Assembly (NCBI GenBank): GCA_000708835.1
Contig: DF237536.1
Coordinates: forward strand, 1-54,335
Direction of reading: 5' to 3'
DNA: 54,335 nt
Source of the DNA: Klebsormidium nitens
Taxonomy: Eukaryota > Plantae > Klebsormidiophyceae
The notes below the pieces were generated by a model that saw only the letters and a program-made list of their open reading frames with translations, was not told the DNA's origin and did no database searches. Of the stretch, positions 45,990 through 54,335 are shown one piece after another (the stretch's first letter is position 1; every line of letters starts with the position of its first letter). Made by a program: the position numbers and the translations under genes.

Positions 45990-48900
45990 GCTTCCCCAGT
46001 CAGCATAGGCTGGACGCTAATGCCAGGCGAGCTCAAGACTATCAGCAGCGGGGACGAGAAGACGGTTGTTGGCACCGATGCGACGGACAATGTGTGGCTG
46101 TTCAACGGTGCGACATGGGACCAGGCCCCCGGGAAAATGACCCAGGTATCAGTCGGGCTGAGCGGCATGTGGGCGGTTGACAAGGCGAACAAGCTGTACT
46201 ATTGGTAAGTACTAGGTTACGGACCTGGTTTGAGGCGGATTAAGTCAGTTGAGTTGCCATAACCCGGGTTCCACAGGCAACTGGCTATCTGTCAGTCGGG
46301 ATGAGCAGCATGTGGGCGGTTGACAAGGCGAACAAGCTGTACCATTGGTAAGTACTTGGTTACGGGCCTGGTTTGATGCAAACTAAGCCAGTTATACGTT
46401 AGTAAGTCCAAGCGTGGATCCTCAGGCAACATTGACCAATTGCAGTCAGGATGCATTTTGCCTTCAAGTATCTCCCTAGGAGGCCTATGGGGACAAGTCC
46501 TCCTACTAGCGAAGCACAGGAAAGGTTTCGGTGCTGACTAGACCCAGTTACGAGTGTACCTGACCAGCTTTCAACCAGGATTCGTCTGAACGTTGTAGAA
46601 AGATAACTAACGAATTCTAACCCGTTCTGCTTAACGGCGGGTTCTCCCTGCGATGCGCGCAGGGACGATGGCCAACAGAACTTCGTGGAGCTGAAGACTG
46701 GCGTAGCTGTTACCCAGGTGGCGTCCGGGCAAGACGTTTACATTTTGGATACCCAGCGCAACATTTTCAAATACCAAGGCGATGGTAAGTTACTATCTCG
46801 ACATGCGAAATGGGCATACACACCCACACAGGAAGCTGCTTTCGTTCCTAACCAGGTCTGGTTTAAAGGTCTCGAACCAGCTTTTGTCGGGTAGAAGGGC
46901 ATCTAACCTAAGGCCTAAGAAGGTTCATGTAACAGTCGTTTTCTTCGATCTGCGCGGCTTCTTCGATGGTATCCTGTAGCAACCCACCTCTGGGCCAGAA
47001 CGGACCCACTCTTTTGCGACTCTTTTCCGCCCCGTTGTAGCAGCTCATTCTCCTTGCCCTCATTCAGAAATGGTTTTTAGCGTTAATGCCAACTGAGACC
47101 AAAGCCCTTCAAAGACCACAGTCACCAGCAGATTCCCGTCCCCCTTTCCATTGTGACAGAGTGCCACCCTCCTCGCCGATTGATCTCGAAATCCCTCCTC
47201 TTTCGCTCTGTCTTCAGTTTCCAACCAAAAATCAGCGGAGCGTAATTAGAGACTGTTTTAGATGCTCTTCGTCCAGCCTGATCTCTTACTTGCTGGTCAC
47301 AGAAGCATCAACCAGGTCCACGTTAAAGCGAAACCCTCCTGTGCGCGTGTGCATGATTCAGAGAAGTGGATCCAGTTGGACGGCAAGCTTGATTCAATCG
47401 ACACGAGCGATTACGGGGACCTGTGGGGGATTCAGGTCGGGGAGTTGAAAAGGGCGCACCGCCGCATTAACGGGGGCTGGGTCTATGTCCTGGGGCCAGA
47501 CAACCGGGACACTCTCAAGCAGGTTTGCATGCCCGGTTCAGCCCTCGGGTCAAGCTTGAAACAACATAGGTCGCCTGAAACGATGTCACAGGAAGGTTTC
47601 GGTGCTAGTAGGTCTGGTTAAGAGGTTTTTCAACGAGCTCTCAACCATCGTTGTCTGGCAGAAGAGGATCTGGTCGGGACCTATTCAGGTCCAATAACGA
47701 TGGCTTTTCTTTGTGAGTGTATGGGCTTGAAAGGACGACTTAGCTTTCAAGTGCCTTTCGAGGGGCCGGTGCATGTACTTTGAGTGCTGACCTTCTCAAA
47801 TTCTGCTGATCTCGATGGAATTTGATGAGACATGGTGAAACTTGTGAAGTGGCATACGACGTGTCACTCGGTTTGACAGAATGCCCTCTCCTGAGAATGT
47901 AGTACGACATGAAGTATGTAGGTGAATCGAAGCGGAAGTGAGGGAATCGACAAAGGGCGAGAAGGGACAGACGAAGAGAAAGGTTATGATACAGACTCTT
48001 AGTATATTCAAGGATGGACGAGGTGAGAAACGAAACATTGAATCTGCCACATATTTAATCGAAGGGAACTCCTGGTTTCACGATGGGAGAAGGGGCACGA
48101 TCCCGAGGCGGCAAAGTACAATAAAAGAAGAACAACTCGAAGCTTCAAAAAGTAAAAAGCGCGAACGAAGAGGACGGTTGTTCCAAGCAGGTGTCCACCG
48201 GCATCAGCGGCGTGTGGGCAGTCGACAGCAATGGCACGGTGTACCGTTGGGTGAACAGCACGAGACACGAGGGCGCGTGGGTCAAGGCAGAGGGATCCCT
48301 CAAGTCCATCAGCGCAGGCTACCCCCTCGTGTGGGGGCTCGACACAAACGGCAAAGTCTACAAGTACAGGTAAACGTTTGTCTGCAGTTACGCGCGCAAG
48401 ACATTTGAAAAGTGCTCTACCCACACCTTTCTTGCGCATCCCCTTTCACGAGGCTGTCTCTTGAGATGGGGAGTTTCAGACTTGCTATCTGAAGCTTTGT
48501 TGCATGACGCGAAGAACAGCCTTGTTCTCATTATTGAATCCAGAAATTGGGCATGTATAGTCGAACACCTAACCCAGCGAGTGGGTTGTTGACGGGAAGA
48601 GACACACTGGCAGGCGCAGGGAAGTAAGATACCATTTGATGATGTTAATTCGGCTGACCTAGAAAGAGGCGCCGTAACGGAACCGGGGCGACGACAGAAG
48701 GATCAGACGTCCTCTTCTCGTGTCTGTACCAGAAAGAACTGTTTCGCTGCGGACATTCGGAGCCACGTCCACATACGGATAGTTTGATTAACCTTGCAGC
48801 CAATGTGCCCTCATCAATCCCTTGTGTTGCCCAACCTGAGAAGAGTGCACCGGGCTTTGATGAGAATGATGTAAGACTAACAAGTGTTTACTTTTCCGGG

Positions 48901-51477
48901 TGCTTTTTCCTTGTGATGGCAGTGTGCAGTCAGAATGGCACCAACTTTGGTCATGGGCTTTGAACGTCACGGTCTGTCTATCGATCTGCCTTCGCAGTTT
49001 CTGAAGTGTAGAGAGCGAGGAGGAATCTGTTATTAGAGGACGGTTCTGCTGCTAATCAAAGCTGGTTACGGGGCATCTAACAGCTCTCAACCAATGATCC
49101 TCGTCTGGTAAATGGCAGATACACCGAAGCCTAACCAGGTTTAGCTAAACGCTAGTTCTTCCTTGTGACATTCAGTTCGGACGGCACTGACTCTGGTGGC
49201 CCTCAAAAGACTTCAACGGCCGTCGTCCCTGTTGCACAAAAGCTGCGGTAAGCCACAGGAAAGGATTCGCTCATAACCCAACCTGGTCAAGGCGTATTCA
49301 ACAGATGGTAACCAGCTTCTGGTCAACATCCGGTAGAGGGGGGTATAACCGTCGGAAGCCTAACCATGCTTTGTTATTGATACTTTCTCCCGACGAGCAC
49401 ACTCCGTGATCTGACAGCGTCACGTGTCGCTTTTAGATCCGCGGCTGAGCCCGTTAAGATCGATTTCGAATCAGCTGTTACTTTTTCAAGTCAGTATTAA
49501 TTGTCGGAGGCGATCACACTGTTTCCTGTTATTAAAAAGCTGCGCCCGTTATGTTTGGTTGCGCGCGCATCGGCAATTACTCTTTTAAAATCACTCTTGA
49601 TTGTTGGAGGCGACCAGACTGATCCCTGTTACCACAAAGATGCGGCGGCCCGTCACCGTATCGGCTGGAAAAATTGCTCAGGCTTCATTCATGGACGCCG
49701 GAGGGATCAACCCGTTTCCTTGTTTCACAAACTCACAACAACTTCGCAATGCGCGCTCGCGGATGTCTCGGAACAAGGACGGGAGCTGGACAACTGCGAA
49801 GCAATCTGCAGTCGATGCTGTTAAACTTTTAAACGGCCCACCTTCGTAACTGCGGACGAAGTGAGACATCTTTTCCGGGCATTTGCAGCATTGAACTCAA
49901 GAAAGATAATAGTAGTACTTAAAGCGAGATAATCAATGATAAGGTAATCGCACTGGGACGGGGTAGGGTTACGTTGGTGGTAATTCGGGTGGGTATGGGC
50001 GCGGAGCAGGTATCTTTTTGGGTTGGGATTACCCACTGAAACACCAAACTTATCTTCTTATTATCTTGGCATAATGGTATCTTTGTTGCGGATTTTTTTT
50101 GCAGCGTGGTCGGGGAGTATGTACCGACGCCCGGCCCCCGGCACAGCGCCTACCCGGCGCACCTCGACCCGACCAACGACGCGACTAAACTCGGCGACTA
50201 TCTTGCCTATTCCAACGAGCTCTGCACTCTGGAGGACGTTTTCCCCGATCCGGGCCCGGGGAAGCGCGAGCGCATCGGGCTGTCCACCGGGGTTTGCACG
50301 GTGATCCAGGAACCGAGCGCGGGCGACCCTGCCACGGTGTTCCAGTGCCAAACGTCGCTGCAATTTCAGTCGGGGAAGTACGCCGGGAGCAGCATCTTCC
50401 TCGCCAGTGAGCCCTCTGGAAGGCCGTCACTTGACTAGCTTTCTTCGGAGTGCTTAAAGAGGGCGTCGGGAGGTCGCCCCTCGGCGACCCGAAAAGTGCC
50501 CATAGAGCCAAACTGGTCGCTCGGGGCAATCTGGAGATGGGATCTGGTCCGTCGGATGAAATTCCTCTTCAGATGCACGAGTCTCGCACGAGTGTTCCTT
50601 GAAATCTGTTGCCCTCTTCAAGTATACTTTCTTGAAAGCTTTGCTCCAGTTTACCCACTCATTAAGTACGAACACAGAAGAAAACCCACCACAAGCCATT
50701 TTCCCACCACAAGCCAGACCTGTTTACTGATTGGTCCAGCGCGTTCATACCAGGTCAGAACTGTCGAAGACGGGTTCAAGCCTACTCAGTTCGATCGCGT
50801 CCCTAGAAAGTCAAACTTTCAGCTGTCTGATTAATATCCGATTTAGGTGCGCCTATTCAAAGGTGATAGGCTTTCTCTCCACAAAGTGGCCGTTCAATAA
50901 ACCGCTAGCGTATGCCAGGAGACGCGAACTTTGATTCATCGGATGTGAAATCAAGAACCTCAGGTTTTAAACTCGTGTCTCGGCCATCACCGCATGCACC
51001 TTTCACTCTGGTGGCAATTCTTGTTCGATCCTTCGTGTTCTCGACACTGGTTGGTTACTCGCAAGCATCCCAGTGCATCTGGTAAATGTAGTGCAATCCT
51101 TACGTTTTTCGAAAGCGGTATGCGATGGTGTCCCCTTTTTCGCTTGTGAAACTCAACCATGATGTTCAGGCGAGTTGACAGCTCCCCTTCTCCCGCTTAG
51201 ACACTTTGCTCAGTCGCGCCCGTTTCATCCGTCCCCCTCTGCAGTTGTTTACAGCGACGGCAACGTGCCTGCATACGCTATCCTCGGAGGGACCGGCTAT
51301 TTCAAGAACGTCCAGGGGCAGGCCACCCAGGTGGACGAGACCCCCTTCGCTGCCCAGTCCCCGCACGGAGAGTACTACATCGATCTCGAGTACTATCTAC
51401 CGGGTGGTTCCAAGGCCGGTGCACCTGCGCCAATCACTTCAGACGATTTCAAAGTAGCACTACGCACGTCTGGATAG
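45990..51477 (+). CDS. Tectonin six-blade beta-propeller lectin fused to an allene oxide cyclase (AOC)/dirigent-like beta-barrel (at least 427 aa; start exon not found)
   Basis: Exons 45990-46204, 46663-46784, 47362-47522, 48191-48369, 49176-49247, 50105-50406, 51245-51477. All introns are GT-AG, phases are 2,1,0,2,2,1 and all match, and the sum of 1284 nt gives an open frame. Six tectonin-type blades (W..xxG.L..ISxG...VW(A/G)VD..G.VY.W/Y) are followed by the linker SSDGTDSGGPQKTST. Then come VAQKLRVVGEY...RHS...KLGDYLAYSNEL...RIGLSTGVCTVI...FQCQTSLQF...YAILGGTGYFKNVQGQA, paralleling AOC QELSVYEI...RHS...LGDLVPFTNKL...RVGITAGLCVVI...FEATYSFYF...LAITGGAGIFEGAYGQV. Confidence 0.82.
46149..46430 (+). 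repeat. Local tandem duplication (~143 bp period) of the 3' end of a tectonin exon with its 5' splice site
   Basis: TCAGTCGGG..AGC.GCATGTGGGCGGTTGACAAGGCGAACAAGCTGTAC.ATTG|GTAAGTACT.GGTTACGG.CCTGGTTTGA occurs at 46149 and 46292. Confidence 0.9.
49500..49631 (+). repeat. Two imperfect 32-bp direct repeats at a 100-bp period (intronic)
   Basis: ATTGTCGGAGGCGATCACACTGTTTCCTGTTA versus ATTGTTGGAGGCGACCAGACTGATCCCTGTTA. Confidence 0.75.
49952..50027 (+). repeat. G-rich (GGGT)n-containing repeat, copy 2 (intronic)
   Basis: Homologous by eye to 44173-44245. Confidence 0.7.
50458..50535. mobile_element. Fragment of the 41711-41870 MITE family in an intron of the tectonin-AOC gene
   Basis: TAA-AGAGGGCGTC end followed by TCGGCGACC, TGGTCGCT and AATCTGGA in the same order as the reverse complement of 41790-41870. 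Confidence 0.55.
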
Positions 51478-51962
51478 GCACAGGGAGAAATTAGAACCAT
51501 GACCAGACCTGGTTGCATGGGCTTTGTTTACATGCCCTTCTACCAGACGAAGCTGATTAGGAAACCCTTAACCAAGATTGTAACTGCGGTAAGTAGCCAG
51601 AGAACCTTCCCACACCAGGTTCGTCATATAAGTGGTCGCATCCCGCACTACCGAAAAGCGATGTAAGTTATTTAACCACGTACTAACCAGGGTTAAATTA
51701 GATGCAAAACTCACCATTTGTGAGCAACTTGTACCTAGCTAGAAATCGTCGTCAAGAGTGGAGTAAATCATTGAGATTAGTTAATTGACCTGTCCGGTGG
51801 TTTATTGCCGATTTCCGCTTAACTCTAATTCGTTAACAAAAGATTGTGTAAGTACGCTTTGGTCTAGACCCAGACTAATCCAATCTAGAAATGCCCCGAA
51901 AACATGCAGTGGATCTTCAGCACGTAAATGTCCGAGAGGCGTATGATGGACCATCATATCGC

Positions 51963-52341
51963 AATTTTAGCTCCTCATTGCGGCAACGTTGCGCCACGTT
52001 TCGAGGCGTTGCTGCAACACTAGGCGTTGGCAAGTGTAAGGAATCAACGCCTAAAACGTTGCGAGAACTGGTTAAAGCTAAACCAAACTTAAACCCTCGT
52101 TGCTGCAACAGAGATGCAACGTCTCGCAACAATCTTACAACGTTGCATGACCGTTNNNNNNNNNNNNNNNNNNNNAAGGTTTAGCTTCGGTTTAGCTTTA
52201 ACCAGTTCTCGCAACGTTTTAGGCGTTGATTCTTTACACTTGCCAACGCCTAGTAGTGTTGCAGCAACGCCTCAAAACGTTGCGCAACATGATTGCGCGC
52301 GGCAACGCCGTGCAACGTTGCTGCAACGAGCGGCTAAAATT
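51963..52341. mobile_element. Foldback/MITE-like element with long (>130 bp) inverted arms spanning an assembly gap
   Basis: ~51963-52100 is the reverse complement of ~52177-52341 with several substitutions and one small indel. The arms contain many CAACGTTGC-type motifs. Confidence 0.75.
52156..52175. other. Assembly gap (20 N)
   Basis: Run of N in the sequence; the true length is unknown. Confidence 1.
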
Positions 52342-53438
52342 CCGATTGGCATGATGCAACTTGAAGTGGCAGCATTTCGATGATGCAGCCTGTAGCCGTA
52401 CTGACCAACGCAATCCTTTAAGCATCGATTGACGTACACTTATAACTAAAGCTGGCATGCATGTGGTGACGTCCGATTTCAAAAGAAAGGTGCATGATCG
52501 GATTAGTATTTGAGATATAAGTTCGACCGACCAGACTGTTGCCGCTCACCAATTTACAAACCAATGATGCCGCCAGTGAACGCAAGTTTTGTACATGCCC
52601 GCCTTGAACGTGAGCGCGCTGCCCGTGCCGCATACTCAGCGCAATTGCTGAGACTCTTGCAAAAATTGAGCTTTGCCAAAGAATTAAAAGGGATTGCTAT
52701 GTTCGGCAGCTCTACATCATATTTGTCTTTACCACATACCGTACTAAGATTTCTCGTGAAGAAGTAGGGCAGACATGTGACATCACGCGCGCGTGTCTCG
52801 TTCGCCGCGCCGCGCAGCCTGGAATTGAGTCCGGCTCCGGCCGGTACGGAAGCATTGAGACAGATCGGCATTCAGAACTTCAAGCGCCGGCCGCGGTGTA
52901 GCTAGCGTCTGACACTTCGAAGTAGAAGGGCGTGCCCGTATAGTTCAGCGTACCTGCATTCGAGAGCAACGGACGCTTCACATAAGCGTCAAGCGCTTCA
53001 GCACCCTGTGAAAAGAATTAACGGCTCAAGCTGGAAATGGTCATCATAGCTCAACAGGTTGTTTGTGGGCCACCATTCTTTTCAGACAAGCTTTCTGAGA
53101 AAATGTTACTCCGGGCTTCTATGCTTTGGTTGGGATTAGCGACAGTTCCAGACACCATTCTGGTTTGCCGTGGCGGAAAATCAACTGCGTCTGATGGGCA
53201 GCGTGAGCGTGCAGTACTTTGGGCCGATCTTTTGCCGACGGGTGAAAACAGGTTCAGAAGGTGAAGAATGGACATGACGCTGACACTTTGAAGGTCGTGA
53301 AAGTAGCTCAGCCTGTTTATCGTTGACACACATATCTGCTGAAAAAAGCTGCTTCTGAGACAAGTACCCATTGAAAGACGGCAGTTGATCTGAAAGTAAC
53401 TGAAATACCTACGATGTAAACCATGAGTCTGAGAGTAA

Positions 53439-54335
53439 TTAAAACGTCGAAGTCAGTAGGAAGATAACTCCATGAAAGGGTCGGTGACGGAACGTTCCGG
53501 CCCACCGTCCATCCGCAATAGACGAGGCATCCCAGATGACAGCAAACCTGCAGCGAAACGCAGTTGCAGTCGGGAGTTGCCAACGTCGAACGTAAACTCA
53601 CACGACAATAGAGGGGCTCCATTTGATGCGAAAGTTGTGCGGCGCGGCGGAGCAGTCGAACCCCAGGTCCACAACTTGCTCGTTGCCCCCTTGGCCGTAT
53701 TATGTCATTCTGGTGACATCATTGAGACGTGGGCAGTATAGCAAGCTTAAAATGCCTACAAGATCAGAGCGCAAGGATGTTCACCGAGTGGATCAGCTGT
53801 CAAAAAGCTGTAATCAGCTTCATTTGGAGATTGTGGAAAGGCGCCATTGAAGTCCGTTCTGTCTCTTTCCGACCCACTGTAGGAGCACAGTTACAGAACT
53901 CACCTGGATAATCGTTTTGTCCCGACCCAGGAACTCAAAATCCAGCTCATTCTGTAGCCACGTGGCGCCTCCTTAGAAGGTCACGCCAGCTGAAGCGGGC
54001 AGAATCTATGTGCCCAGCGTTCGAAGAGAAGGACTTATTCTTAAGAGAAACAAACGGCGTCGACTTGATGAGAGGGATGACCGCGATTCACAAAGAATGT
54101 GCTTCATTCAGCTGCTGCCCAAGATCTAGAGAAATGCACATTTCGACAGGGTAAGCCCCCTTTTCGCGCCGGGGCGATAAACGGCTTCCGTCAGACAGTG
54201 CGTTCATCAGACGCACGTGAAAGGTTTCAAAATGCCTCTTCTAACGGCAAAGAAACGTATCATCAATGAAAGCAATAGGAACGCTTTTAATGCTTCTTAC
54301 CTGATCATCAGACTCGCCGCTGCACGCCATAAAGC
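53439..54335 (-). pseudogene. EG16: EG16/licheninase-like GH16 endo-glucanase gene, 5' part outside the window, with apparent lesions
   Basis: Exon >54335-54301 reads FMACSGESDDQ. Exon 53951-53904 reads NELDFEFLGRDKTIIQ, with the GH16 ExDxE catalytic motif. 53709-53602 reads GQGGNEQVVDLGFDCSAAPHNFRIKWSPSIV, and 53547-53439 reads FAVIWDASSIADGRWAGTF. These match recalled EG16 segments YLSSLEGDKSQDEIDFEFLGKD..IVQ, LGFDCSDGFHEY.IKW and YASVWDASYIDEGRWTG. The third exon is out of phase and has an in-frame TAA, and the LIDG...KPMFL segment is absent. Confidence 0.8.

Noticed and set aside
46277-46347. Duplicated segment as an extra constitutive exon (seventh blade)
   Set aside because: After the phase-2 donor at 46204 it would read WQLAICQSG* and stop; it works only with the alternative phase-0 donor.
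51963-52341. Inverted arms as a pure assembly artefact at the N gap
   Set aside because: The arms differ by several substitutions and an indel, which a duplicated contig end would not normally show; not fully excluded without reads.
1-54335. rRNA, tRNA, snRNA genes, or intact transposase/RT ORFs
   Set aside because: No cloverleaf, rRNA or snRNA signature and no DDE, YxDD or HUH motif recognised by eye. Covariance-model and profile searches were not run, so small or decayed ones may be missed.

Overview
This is eukaryotic, intron-rich genomic DNA with GT-AG introns, mostly 0.2-0.9 kb. The gene content (AHK1-type kinase, EG16-type GH16, AOC-like barrel) points to a streptophyte alga or early-diverging plant, probably Klebsormidium-like; that assignment is inference. 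Four genes could be reconstructed by hand with consistent intron phases. (1) A 15-exon AHK1-like membrane hybrid histidine kinase (-, 2371-12392, about 1091 aa). (2) A single-coding-exon protein with Sel1 repeats, a Pro/Thr repeat linker and an unassigned helical domain (-, 26916-29111). (3) A gene of at least 7 exons that fuses a six-blade tectonin (lectin-type) beta-propeller to an allene-oxide-cyclase/dirigent-like barrel (+, 45990-51477, 5' end unresolved). This is the best candidate for an undescribed system. (4) A damaged EG16/licheninase-like GH16 gene running off the right edge (-, 53439->54335), which the ORF track misses. Between 12.5 and 45.9 kb lie decayed coding-like DNA, a ~1.88 kb tandem duplication, an eight-copy co-oriented repeat family with a conserved core, and several MITE/foldback-like elements. 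I found no rRNA, tRNA or CRISPR array. All homology calls are by-eye motif recognition, not database searches.
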